Positions 38,492 to 47,901 of a stretch of 64,000 bases of DNA are shown here, one piece after another. Origin of the DNA: Paracoccaceae bacterium (lineage in GTDB: Bacteria; Pseudomonadota; Alphaproteobacteria; Rhodobacterales; Rhodobacteraceae); the NCBI GenBank assembly GCA_963662705.2, contig OY759767.1:1988833-2052832 (forward strand), written 5' to 3'. The stretch's first letter is position 1; the number at the start of each line of letters is the position of its first letter. The notes below the pieces were generated by a model. It was not told where the DNA came from. It was given only the letters and a program-made list of their open reading frames with translations, and did not search any database. Made by a program: the position numbers and the translations under genes.

Positions 38492-39898
38492 TCACCGTAC
38501 CGATATGAGTTCTCGGACTATGTCGGCGACCAGAAGGACATCATCACGGGTCGTGTCAAATTGCCCGACCTGCACACGGATAACGAATCGGCCGTCGAGC
38601 ATCGTTTGTGTCAAATACAAGCGGCCGTCGGCGTTGATTGCCTGCAGGAGTCTCTCCGTTGCCTCGTTCGGGTCGGACCCGCCGGAAGGGACATATCGGA
38701 ACGTGAACAGCGAGAGGCGGCACGGTGACGTGATCTCGATTTCCGGGATTCGGGCAAGCCGGTCCCGAAGTTCGTTGGACCAAGCCACGTGATTTCGGAT
38801 TCGCCTTCGAAGTCCCTCAAGTCCGTAGGCACGAAGTAAAAACCAGATCTTCAACGCCCGGAACCTGCGCCCAAGCTGGATGCCCCAGTCGCTGAAATCC
38901 GTAACCTTCGAGTGTTCGAGGGTCATGAGGTAACCCGGACGAACGCCCAGAGTCCGAACCTGGTCTGCTGGACCCGCGAGGAACTGAACCGAACAGTCGA
39001 ACTGGGCACCAAGCCATTTGTGAGGATTGAATACGATACTGTCCGCGAGTTCGATACCGTCCCAGATGTGTCGAAACTCCGGGCAAATCATCGCCGACCC
39101 CGCCCAGGCTGCGTCGACGTGGCTGTAGAGTCCCTGATCGCGGCAGATCTCGAGAACCGGGCGCAAGATGTCGGAAGCGCCAACCGAAGTGCCACCGATT
39201 ACCGTGGTGACGCCTGCAGGAATATGCCCGTCTCTCCGGTCCCGTGCAATCCGTTCTGCAAGTGATGTCGGCGACATCGCCAGATCTTCGTCGGTCGGAA
39301 TCCTGACGAGATTGTCCTGGCCAATTCCCGCAATCCGAATTGCCTTGTCGAGCGAACTGTGCGCCTGGTCGGTCGCGTAAATCCGAATCCTGCCCTTGTC
39401 GGAAAGACCGGTTCGATTACCCTCGAATGCCAGTGCGCGTTCGCGCATGGTCAGGACAGCTGCAAGGGTTGATGACGACGCGCTATCCTGAATGACCCCA
39501 GCGAGAGTCGGGGGCAAGCCGAGCGCTTCGCGTAGCCATCCGGTCATGGCGATCTCGAGTTCCGTGACGGCGGGGGATGTCTGCCAGAGCATTCCCTGCG
39601 CGCCGATTGCGCTGGAGAGTTGCTCGGCCACCATGGACGCTGGCGCCGCATTCGCTGAAAAATAGGCAAAGAACCTCGGATGCTGCCAATGCGTCAGCCC
39701 ATCCGGGATAATGTCCTCAAAATCCGCAAAAATACTCTCCATGGATTCAGCGTGTTCGGGGGGCGATGCGGGTATCCGATCCAGGATGTCACCCGGCTTG
39801 ACCGTTGAGCGAACCGGCTGCTCGCTGATCGAGGCATGATACTTCTCGATCCAGTCCGTCGCCCTTTCGCTCCACCGGCGATAGTCAGCGTATTGCAT
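38492..39898 (-). CDS. Group II PLP-dependent decarboxylase (aromatic-L-amino-acid/DOPA decarboxylase-like)
   Basis: HWQHPRFFAYF..., DAAWAGSA and NPHKW (PLP lysine) motifs. Confidence 0.9.
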   Translation of the reverse strand: MQYADYRRWSERATDWIEKYHASISEQPVRSTVKPGDILDRIPASPPEHAESMESIFADFEDIIPDGLTHWQHPRFFAYFSANAAPASMVAEQLSSAIGAQGMLWQTSPAVTELEIAMTGWLREALGLPPTLAGVIQDSASSSTLAAVLTMRERALAFEGNRTGLSDKGRIRIYATDQAHSSLDKAIRIAGIGQDNLVRIPTDEDLAMSPTSLAERIARDRRDGHIPAGVTTVIGGTSVGASDILRPVLEICRDQGLYSHVDAAWAGSAMICPEFRHIWDGIELADSIVFNPHKWLGAQFDCSVQFLAGPADQVRTLGVRPGYLMTLEHSKVTDFSDWGIQLGRRFRALKIWFLLRAYGLEGLRRRIRNHVAWSNELRDRLARIPEIEITSPCRLSLFTFRYVPSGGSDPNEATERLLQAINADGRLYLTQTMLDGRFVIRVQVGQFDTTRDDVLLVADIVRELISVR

Positions 39899-40194
39899 TG
39901 CATCTAACCTCGTGACTCAGATTGCAGGATGGTGTTGGCAGGCCAAAAGATTTTCGCAAGACCTGGCTGCGTCTGACGGGGAATCCGTGTAAAAGTCCGG
40001 GTGCATGATTTACCGAACCGTAACTCAATCCCATTACAGCAGCGCTCAGGCGCGGTGAACCCCCGATGTCCGTGCAGGTGCATCAAACTCTGGGCACCGG
40101 ATCGGCGGAGGGGACCTCCCATGACCGGTTACGGTGTGGTGCTACCGGAACGGGACCCCTGACGGTGATTCTCCCCTGCTGTTTGTTGCCGTTC

Positions 40195-41376
40195 TCATTT
40201 TCGCGTGGCGAGATCACCTGCAAAGTCAACGAGTCTGTTCAACGCATCCTTGAGGCAGGCAGAACCAGTCGTCAGCGCAACGCGGACATGACCCGCCGTT
40301 GCCTGGCCGAAGCTCTCTCCGGGCATCACCGCAATGCGCCTGTCTTCAAGAAGGCGACGGGCAAACTCGGTCCCGGACAATCCCGTGGGCGAGAGGTCAA
40401 GCAAGACATACATCGCTCCTTTGGGCGGAACGATGAGCACCGAATTTGCGCCTGACAGGCAATCCATGGCGATTTCGAGCCGTTGTCGGTAGATGTTTGC
40501 CACGCGTGCCTCGATCTGGTCACCTTGCACGACTGCCTGGAAAGCTGCGTCCTGAACAAATCCGGCAACGCCGTAGGTGCTGACCGTCGCAAGGTCTCCC
40601 AGTCGCGAAATGGCGGCCTCCGGCCCAGCGACCCAGCCGCACCTGAACCCGGTCATTGCATGGCTTTTCGACAGCGAACCGATCACCAGTGTCCTATCCG
40701 CAAGTTCCGGAATCGAACGTGGAGAAACGTGCTCTCCTGACCAGACCTGGCTTTCGTATACCTCGTCAGAAATCACCCAAAGGTCGTTTTCCTTGCAGAC
40801 TCTGCCGATCCCGATCAGTGCCTCTCGGCCATAGACGGCCCCACTAGGATTGTTGGGAGAATTGATCAGGAGTGAGCGGACTGTGTGGTCGATGCAGCGC
40901 CTCAGGTCTTCTGCAGTCGGGACAAATCCGTTTTGAGGACGAGTCGGCACCGCGACTGCTGTCGCACCCGTTGCCCTGATTGTGCCGGGAAACGTTGCGT
41001 AGTACGGATCGCAATAGAGCCCCGTTGTTCCTGCTTCGAGAAGGGCCAGGTGAGTCGCAAACAGGGCGGCCTGGCCGCCAGCGGTCACCAGGACATTGTC
41101 GCATGATGTCTCGACGCCGGTACGGTGTTCGATTCTGGCTGCAATCGCCCTCCTGAGTGCAACCGATCCGGGAACGGGTGAATAACCTGTGTTTCCTCCT
41201 CTTGCGCTCCGGTTCATCTCGTCGATGATCGGGGCCGCAGTTCGAAAGTCGTGATCGCCAATCGTGAGATCGAGAACGGGTTCGCCTGCCGCGGCAAGTC
41301 GACGTGCCTGGTAATAGACCTCCCAGCCATCGCTGCCTCCAGCGTTGATGTTCTCAATTCGATGCGAAAGGTTCAT
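40195..41376 (-). CDS. Class I/II PLP aminotransferase (aspartate/aromatic aminotransferase-like)
   Basis: The layout is typical of fold-type I aminotransferases: INSPNNPSG, SDEVY, and SLSKSHAMTGFRCGW (PLP lysine). Confidence 0.9.
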   Translation of the reverse strand: MNLSHRIENINAGGSDGWEVYYQARRLAAAGEPVLDLTIGDHDFRTAAPIIDEMNRSARGGNTGYSPVPGSVALRRAIAARIEHRTGVETSCDNVLVTAGGQAALFATHLALLEAGTTGLYCDPYYATFPGTIRATGATAVAVPTRPQNGFVPTAEDLRRCIDHTVRSLLINSPNNPSGAVYGREALIGIGRVCKENDLWVISDEVYESQVWSGEHVSPRSIPELADRTLVIGSLSKSHAMTGFRCGWVAGPEAAISRLGDLATVSTYGVAGFVQDAAFQAVVQGDQIEARVANIYRQRLEIAMDCLSGANSVLIVPPKGAMYVLLDLSPTGLSGTEFARRLLEDRRIAVMPGESFGQATAGHVRVALTTGSACLKDALNRLVDFAGDLATRK

Positions 41377-41429
41377 CGCCAGGCTCGTTCTTCAGTTTGT
41401 TCCGGTTCGATGGGACACCGACTCGATCG

Positions 41430-41693
41430 TCACCACGAAATCCGTCGTTCGGCAAGTGTCATCTGTTCGATTTTTTGCGGAACTGATTCCAGGACATGTT
41501 CCGCCACCGTCCCCAGGAAGGGTGAAAGGCAGACGATGTCTCTAGGCTGGCAAACAACCAAATCCTTCAGTTGAACTTCCTCGCGCTCGCGGAGGCAACC
41601 GATGATGGCGGATGGTTTGCCGACCATGGGGTTTCCCTTGGGGCCATGCATGCGCATCAGGCTTTTGGATGGCTTGTCGGCCAACACGCGCAT
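41430..41693 (-). CDS. Hypothetical 87-aa ORF, possibly the 3' remnant of a disrupted gene
   Basis: It ends 54 nt upstream of the aminotransferase start on the same strand. The frame stays open upstream to a stop at 41772-41774 without another start. I recognise no family. Confidence 0.25.
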   Translation of the reverse strand: MRVLADKPSKSLMRMHGPKGNPMVGKPSAIIGCLREREEVQLKDLVVCQPRDIVCLSPFLGTVAEHVLESVPQKIEQMTLAERRISW

Positions 41694-41987
41694 CTTCTGG
41701 AAATCGACGGTCGCATTGTAGTCGTTACATGGAGCCGACTTCCCTGTCTTAGCGTTACTGGAGAATGCAATCTACCCCTTCATCGAGACGAGCCCCGCGA
41801 GTATCCGGCTCGCGGTCAATTCGCTTCCGCTTCTGTTCCTTTAAGTTAAATGTCGGAAGCATGGCTCCTGCCCTTCCGTCTCTTTCGCCGCTAGCCGCCA
41901 CCGCTTGTTGGCAGCCGCATCGGCGAGCCTGTCCGGGAAATGCGGACTGACAGGTCGTTCACCTTTTTCTTGGATGCAAGCGTCGAA

Positions 41988-44449
41988 GGCTAACCCTACC
42001 ATGTTATGAAAGATTGTGCTGGACGGCGCGGTTTCGATGGTGTAGGCCAGCGCCATTATGGCCCAGTCCCAGATCAGCCGCACGCTTGGCGGCCCTGCGG
42101 CGCGTGCGCGCATTGTCGCGATCCTGGCGCAGGAACATTTCGACAGCCGGCGAGCCCTGGGTCGCCGTGTCTGTGAGGAATTCTCTTTCGTCGACGCGAT
42201 CGGTCGGCATCAGGTGTCAGGATGCCTGCATGCGCTTGCGACCCTTGCCGGGCGCGATCCCGATATCATGCTGCCGGCTCCGAAGTCGGGGGGCGTCGAC
42301 ATCACTCCACGCCTGCTCGACGCTCCGGTGCCGGATCCGGTCGACGTTCCCACGGCCCTGTCCCGGGTTGAGGGTCTTGCGATTGTCGAGGTCGTCACGT
42401 CCGATGACCGGGCGCTGTGGAACACGCTGATCGCCCATGAGCATCCCCATGGCATGACCACCTTTGCCGGGCGCCAGCTCCGCTATCTGGTGGGCTCGGC
42501 CCATGGCTGGCTGGGGGCGGCGGGGTTCTCGGCTGCGGCGCTCAAGGTTGCGGCCCGCGACCGCTGGATCGCATGGACGCACAGCCAGCGGAGCGGCCAA
42601 CTTGACCGGATCCTGTGTCTGAACCGTTTCCTGATCCGGCCTTCGGTCCGGTGTCCGCACCTGGCCAGTCACGTCCTGGGGCGCATCCTGCGGCGCCTGC
42701 CCCGGGACTTCGCGGCCCGCTACGGTTTCCGCCCGCTGCTGGTGGAGAGTTTCGCCGATGAGGGCTATGATGGCACCTGCCTGAGGGCGGCCAATTTCCT
42801 CTGCGTGGGCCGGACGGCGGGCCGTGGCCGGCAGGACCGCGAGAGGCGGCGCGCCAAGACGGTGAAGACGGTGTTCATGTTCCCGCTCGACCGGCGCTGG
42901 CGTCGGGAACTCGGGGTCCCGCATGTGGAGCTCCGGCCGGCTCTCGAGCCGGGGGAAGGCCTGTCGGCTTCGGACTGGGCGGAGAATGAATTCGGAGGGG
43001 CTCCCTTGGGTGATCGGCGACTGTCTGCGCGGCTTGTGAAGAGTGCCGGGCTTCTGGCGGCGTATCCGGGCCACAAGATCAATGCCAGCCCGGACAGCGA
43101 CAGCACGGCGATCAATGCCTTCTACCGGCTGGTCGAGAAGCCGGCGGAATCGGCGGTCACGGTAGAGAACATCCTGGCGCCGCACCGTGAGCGCACCGTC
43201 TGCCGCATCCGTGGCCAGCGCACGGTTCTGGCCATCCAGGACGGCACCGACCTGAACTTCGCCACCCGGCCGGGCTGTGACGGTCTCGAGGTGATCGGAC
43301 GGAACCAGACCAGCGCGAAGACCCTGGGCCTGCACCTGCACGCGACACTGGCGGTGAGTGACACCGGCCTTCCTCTCGGCGTGCTGCGCCTGGGGTTCGA
43401 CGCGGCGGTGAAGCGCACGCCGGAAGCCGAGAAGCGGAAGAAGAGCGAACGCTGGCTTGACGCCTTCGCCGACATCGGTGCTGCGGTGCGGGAGGTCGGG
43501 GGCAAGACGCGGGTGCTCAGCGTCTGTGACCGGGAGGCGGACTTCTACGAACTGTTCGATGCCCAGCGCAGGAACCCGCGTGTCGGATTGCTGGTCCGGG
43601 CGAAGCATGACCGTGTGCTGGGGAAGGCGCGTCCGAAGCTGTTCGAGACCTTGGGCGGGGGCGCGGCCGACGGCCGTATCGCGGTCGAGATTGCGGGACT
43701 GACGGCACGTCCCAAGTCCAGCAAGAAGAAGGCGCGCCCGATGCGCCGGAAGCGTCTGGCGCAGTGTGAACTGCGGTTCCGTCGCGTGGTCCTGCCGGCA
43801 ACGATCCCCGGCGGTGAACCGGTCACGGTGTCGGGGGTGCACATCGTTGAGACCGACCCGCCGGAGGACGAGGCCCCGGTGCAGTGGTACCTGTTGAGCA
43901 CGCTCAAGGTCGGCTCGGCCAAGGAAGCGGCGGAGATCGTGGGCTACTACCTCCAGAGGTGGCGGATCGAAGATTATTTTCGCGTCCTGAAATCCGGTTG
44001 CCGGGTGGAACACCTGCTGTTCCGCACCGCAGACCGGCTGCAACGGGCCATCGCCATCAATGCGGTGATCGCATGGCGCATCATGCTGATGACCCTGCTC
44101 GGACGCCAGGTGCCGGACTGTGATCCCGACCTGATGTTCACCGATGCGGAACTGAACTTCCTCGGTGACTATGCACGAAAACATGCCATGGCCACACCGC
44201 AGCGGCTCGGCGACGCGGTCGCCGTGGTGGCGCATCTCGGCGGATATCGCGACCGCAAGCATGACCCGGACCCCGGCAACCAGATCATGTGGACCGGCTA
44301 CAACCGCCTGACCAGCGCCGTGATCGGCCACGAAATCGGCAGTGAAACCGGTTATGAAACCGGCTTCGAGGCTGGCAAGAGACATGCCTTGCGGGAAAGC
44401 AGATGACCTGTGGTCATCCACCATTTATCATGACTCGGTAGGGCTAACC
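41988..44449 (+). mobile_element. IS4-family (IS50/Tn5-like) insertion sequence, about 2.46 kb
   Basis: Imperfect terminal inverted repeats: GGCTAACCCTACCATGTTATGA.. (41988->) versus the reverse complement of the right end, GGTTAGCCCTACCGAGTCATGA.. (44449<-). They match at 11 of the first 13 positions and 21 of 29 overall. A single long transposase ORF fills the element. I see no matching target-site duplication. Confidence 0.78.
42058..44406 (+). CDS. IS4/Tn5-type DDE transposase with an N-terminal DUF4338 (DruA-like) domain
   Basis: From about aa 305 the text is Tn5-like. It has the end-binding N-terminus (DWAENEFGGAPLGDRRLSARLV) and DDE blocks (AIQDGTDLNF, SVCDREADFYELF). It also has an exact IS4 Y-(2)-R-(3)-E-(6)-K signature (YLQRWRIEDYFRVLK). 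Residues 1 to about 300 carry DUF4338-like text (LNRFLIRP..HLASHVL..LVESFAD..GTCLRAANF..VGRTAGRGR). Confidence 0.88.
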   Translation: MAQSQISRTLGGPAARARIVAILAQEHFDSRRALGRRVCEEFSFVDAIGRHQVSGCLHALATLAGRDPDIMLPAPKSGGVDITPRLLDAPVPDPVDVPTALSRVEGLAIVEVVTSDDRALWNTLIAHEHPHGMTTFAGRQLRYLVGSAHGWLGAAGFSAAALKVAARDRWIAWTHSQRSGQLDRILCLNRFLIRPSVRCPHLASHVLGRILRRLPRDFAARYGFRPLLVESFADEGYDGTCLRAANFLCVGRTAGRGRQDRERRRAKTVKTVFMFPLDRRWRRELGVPHVELRPALEPGEGLSASDWAENEFGGAPLGDRRLSARLVKSAGLLAAYPGHKINASPDSDSTAINAFYRLVEKPAESAVTVENILAPHRERTVCRIRGQRTVLAIQDGTDLNFATRPGCDGLEVIGRNQTSAKTLGLHLHATLAVSDTGLPLGVLRLGFDAAVKRTPEAEKRKKSERWLDAFADIGAAVREVGGKTRVLSVCDREADFYELFDAQRRNPRVGLLVRAKHDRVLGKARPKLFETLGGGAADGRIAVEIAGLTARPKSSKKKARPMRRKRLAQCELRFRRVVLPATIPGGEPVTVSGVHIVETDPPEDEAPVQWYLLSTLKVGSAKEAAEIVGYYLQRWRIEDYFRVLKSGCRVEHLLFRTADRLQRAIAINAVIAWRIMLMTLLGRQVPDCDPDLMFTDAELNFLGDYARKHAMATPQRLGDAVAVVAHLGGYRDRKHDPDPGNQIMWTGYNRLTSAVIGHEIGSETGYETGFEAGKRHALRESR

Positions 44450-44643
44450 AGACCCGGCGTCAATCGCTCTTCGCTCTTGCGCCCGGTGACCGCATGCCGT
44501 AATGGGTGCCTATGAGGACGGCTACCATTACTTGCTGCATAGGCATTATCGGCTGACATCGTCAGGCGAGCCGGCCTTCTGTTTCTCAAAAAAATCGGAT
44601 TTCGTGCTCGCTTGGGAGAACGCGTCAGGCTTGTCGGTGAACC

Positions 44644-46029
44644 ATGATCGAACTGCAACTGTACAATTCGCGGACCAGGAAAAGGGAAACCTTCGCCCCG
44701 ATCGACCCGGACCATGTCCGGATGTATGTCTGCGGACCGACGGTCTACGATCGTGCGCACGTGGGAAATGCGCGACCTGTAATCGTGTTCGATGTCCTTC
44801 ACCGCGTTTTGAGATTTCTCGCGCCGGTCAATGGTTGGGGGAAAGTCACCTACGCGCGCAACATCACCGATATTGACGACAAGATTAACGCGCGCGCGTC
44901 CGAAACCGGCCGGTCGATCCGCGACATCACGGAAGAAACGACTGGATGGTATCTGGAGGACATGTCCGCCCTTGGAGAACTCGGGCCCGATTTTGCACCT
45001 CGTGCCACGGAATACATTCCGGAAATGATACATTTTATCAACGCGTTAATTGAAAAAGATCATGCATATGAGGCCAAACGGCACGTGCTTTTCGATGTGA
45101 CTTCCTACCCGCACTACGGATCGCTGTCTGGGCGCAGTCTGGACGACATGATCGCGGGCGCTCGCGTCGAGGTTGCTCCGTACAAGCGTGATCCAATGGA
45201 CTTCGTCCTGTGGAAGCCATCAACGGATGATTTGCCTGGCTGGTCCAGCCCGTGGGGGTGTGGACGACCGGGCTGGCACATCGAATGCTCGGCAATGACG
45301 AGAGCACTATTCGGTGAGTCATTCGATATCCATGGTGGCGGAGCGGACCTGATGTTTCCTCACCACGAAAACGAAATCGCGCAAAGCTGTTGCCTGTCAG
45401 GCAGGAGCAGTTTCGCACGTGTCTGGATCCACAATGAAATGCTGAGGGTCGAGGGGCAGAAAATGGCAAAGTCCCTCGGAAATTTTTTCACCATCCGGGA
45501 CCTGCTCGATCGTGGAATACCTGGCGAAGTCATTCGTTTCGTTTTCCTCGGGACGCACCATTCAAAACCGATGGACTGGACGGAAGCACGGGTGCGCGAA
45601 GCGGAATCAACGTTGAGAAAGTGGCGGGCGATTTGCGACGACGCCGACGACTCCGGAGAGATTTCTCCAACCGTGGTTCAGGCATTGGCCAACGACCTGA
45701 ATACTCCCGCGGCACTTGCCGCCCTGCATGATGTCGCCGGCAAGAGGAACGGCAGTGAACTGAAAGCGTCGGCCGGTCTCCTTGGCTTGCTCGGCGACGA
45801 CATGGGTGACTGGAACCGCCCGGAACCACTTTCGAGGCAATATGATTCGATGATCGGCCGCCTGGTCCAGGAGCGGCAATCTGCACGTATGCGCAAGGAC
45901 TTCGCCGCCGCCGATCGCCTGCGCGACCGTTTGCATGCGGCAGGAGTCGAGTTGATGGATTCGGCCGAAGGTACGGTTTGGCAGTGCGGTCCAAATTTTG
46001 ATCCCGAAAGACTGAGGAGCCCGAAATGA
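44644..46029 (+). CDS. cysS: Cysteine--tRNA ligase
   Basis: Class I motifs HVGNARP (HIGH) and KMAKSLGN (KMSKS). Zinc-binding CGPTVYD and HIEC. Confidence 0.95.
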   Translation: MIELQLYNSRTRKRETFAPIDPDHVRMYVCGPTVYDRAHVGNARPVIVFDVLHRVLRFLAPVNGWGKVTYARNITDIDDKINARASETGRSIRDITEETTGWYLEDMSALGELGPDFAPRATEYIPEMIHFINALIEKDHAYEAKRHVLFDVTSYPHYGSLSGRSLDDMIAGARVEVAPYKRDPMDFVLWKPSTDDLPGWSSPWGCGRPGWHIECSAMTRALFGESFDIHGGGADLMFPHHENEIAQSCCLSGRSSFARVWIHNEMLRVEGQKMAKSLGNFFTIRDLLDRGIPGEVIRFVFLGTHHSKPMDWTEARVREAESTLRKWRAICDDADDSGEISPTVVQALANDLNTPAALAALHDVAGKRNGSELKASAGLLGLLGDDMGDWNRPEPLSRQYDSMIGRLVQERQSARMRKDFAAADRLRDRLHAAGVELMDSAEGTVWQCGPNFDPERLRSPK

Positions 46030-47657
46030 CCAGGGAAAGGCTGTATCTGTTCGATACGACGCTGAGAGATGGTCAACAGACCCAGGGAGTGGCCTTTTCT
46101 GTTGATGAGAAATACCGGATTGCACGCATGCTGGACGACCTCGGTATCGATTATGTCGAGGGCGGCTGGCCAGGAGCGAATCCCACTGACGATGAGTTCT
46201 TTGCATCTCCACCATCGCTGAAGCGTTCGACCTTTACGGCATTCGGCATGACGAGGAGGAGCGGGCGATCTGCCGCGAATGACGGTGTGCTCGCGGCCGT
46301 CGTCAATGCCGGTACCAAGGCGGTTTGCCTCGTCGGCAAGGCACATGTGTTCCACGTCAAGAGTGCACTGGGGATTTCACTCGAAGAAAATTTGGATGCA
46401 ATCGGGGACAGCATTGCCCTTCTGGTCGCTCGCGGCCGGGAAGCCATCTTCGATTGCGAGCATTTTTTCGACGGGTACCTGGACGATCCGGATTATGCCA
46501 TCAGGGTCGCCCGAACCGCTTATGATGCCGGGGCGCGCTGGATTGTCCTGTGCGATACGAACGGCGGAACCCTACCTGATTCGGTCAAGCGTGCTACAGC
46601 AGACGTCATTGAAGCGGGAATTCCCGGAGATCACGTCGGGATTCACTGCCATAACGACACCGAACATGCGATCGCCAATACGCTGGCGGCGGTCGATGTG
46701 GGCGCTAGGCAGATTCAGGGTGCGCTCAACGGTCTCGGGGAACGCTGCGGTAACGCCAATCTGATCTCCCTGATTCCGACGTTGTTGCTCAAAGCGCCAT
46801 ACAACGAGGTATTTGAGACAAGGATTGATCGCACTCAACTTCGAAACTTGACACGCACAAGCCGCCTGCTGGACGACATCCTGAACAGGGTTCCCCTTAA
46901 GTCCGCTGCTTATGTCGGTGCGTCGGCATTCGCGCACAAGGCCGGGCTTCACGCCCACGGTGTCATGAAAGACCCCTCGACATATGAACATGTCAGGCCG
47001 AAGCTGGTCGGCAACCAGAGAGTGGTTCCCATGTCGAATCAGGCGGGAAGATCAAGCCTGTCAAAGCGCCTTGCCGATGCTGGACTGGACATAGAGAAAT
47101 CCGATCCGCGGATCGATGCGATCCTCAGGGACATCAAGGAGCGGGAAGACAAGGGGTACGCCTATGACAGCGCCCAGGCCTCGTTCGAGCTCGTTGCGCG
47201 GCGCATCCTGGACCAGCTGCCGAGATATTTCAGAGTCCAGAGGTATCGCGTCAATATTGATTGCCGCAGGGATCGGCAAGGCAGGATGAAGACGGTATCA
47301 GAGGCCGTCGTTGTCGTCATGTTCGGTGACTCGGTTGTCATGAATGTTTCGGAAAGCCAAGACGAGGCCGGCAACGACAGGGGTCCTGTCAATGCACTGG
47401 CACGGGCGCTGGCGAAGGACCTTGGCCCGTATCAGGCGGCAATCGACGATATGAAGCTAGTGGACTTCAAGGTTCGCATCACTGACGGTGGCACAGAAGC
47501 GGTCACGAGAGTGATCATCGACAGCGAAGACGGGAAAGGTCGCAGATGGTCAACCGTCGGTGTTTCTCCGAACATCGTCGACGCCAGTTTCGATGCCCTT
47601 CTGGACGCGATCAATTGGAAGCTGATCAGGGATGGAGTGAAGCCGTTTGCCGCGTGA
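46026..47657 (+). CDS. Citramalate synthase / 2-isopropylmalate synthase family protein (CimA-like)
   Basis: [12 protein letters not shown]-terminus, HCHND metal site and a C-terminal LeuA-dimer-type regulatory domain. The start overlaps the cysS stop (ATGA at 46026-46029). Confidence 0.85.
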   Translation: MTRERLYLFDTTLRDGQQTQGVAFSVDEKYRIARMLDDLGIDYVEGGWPGANPTDDEFFASPPSLKRSTFTAFGMTRRSGRSAANDGVLAAVVNAGTKAVCLVGKAHVFHVKSALGISLEENLDAIGDSIALLVARGREAIFDCEHFFDGYLDDPDYAIRVARTAYDAGARWIVLCDTNGGTLPDSVKRATADVIEAGIPGDHVGIHCHNDTEHAIANTLAAVDVGARQIQGALNGLGERCGNANLISLIPTLLLKAPYNEVFETRIDRTQLRNLTRTSRLLDDILNRVPLKSAAYVGASAFAHKAGLHAHGVMKDPSTYEHVRPKLVGNQRVVPMSNQAGRSSLSKRLADAGLDIEKSDPRIDAILRDIKEREDKGYAYDSAQASFELVARRILDQLPRYFRVQRYRVNIDCRRDRQGRMKTVSEAVVVVMFGDSVVMNVSESQDEAGNDRGPVNALARALAKDLGPYQAAIDDMKLVDFKVRITDGGTEAVTRVIIDSEDGKGRRWSTVGVSPNIVDASFDALLDAINWKLIRDGVKPFAA

Positions 47658-47901
47658 ACGGATCAATGATTCCGTCTCCGGCGTTCGTCTTGAACACGCA
47701 CAGGGGGTATGGGTTCGGCAAGTGAGTCACTAATCTCCTTTTTTGTGTGAATGAATCCCAATAATAACGGGTGTCTTTTCGTGGGCGTACTCGAAAAAAA
47801 GGGGCGCCGAGATCGACCGGTAGCACGTTCGGCGGGCCGATGTCGTGACCAGTTCCGAAATCGCCAACTGCATACGAACACGGACTACAAGGAATGCTGG
47901 A

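Noticed and set aside
42217-44424. 735-aa minus-strand ORF spanning almost the whole IS4 element
   Set aside because: It is exactly antisense to the transposase ORF, which carries unambiguous DDE and YREK motifs. The translation is Arg/Pro/Gly/His-rich and low in complexity, as expected of a shadow frame in GC-rich DNA. No motif is recognisable.
41979-44458. 9-bp target-site duplication flanking the IS4/Tn5-like element
   Set aside because: The flanks read AGCGTCGAA on the left and AGACCCGGC on the right. Shifting the boundaries by a few nt does not give a match either. I report this as absence rather than as a feature.
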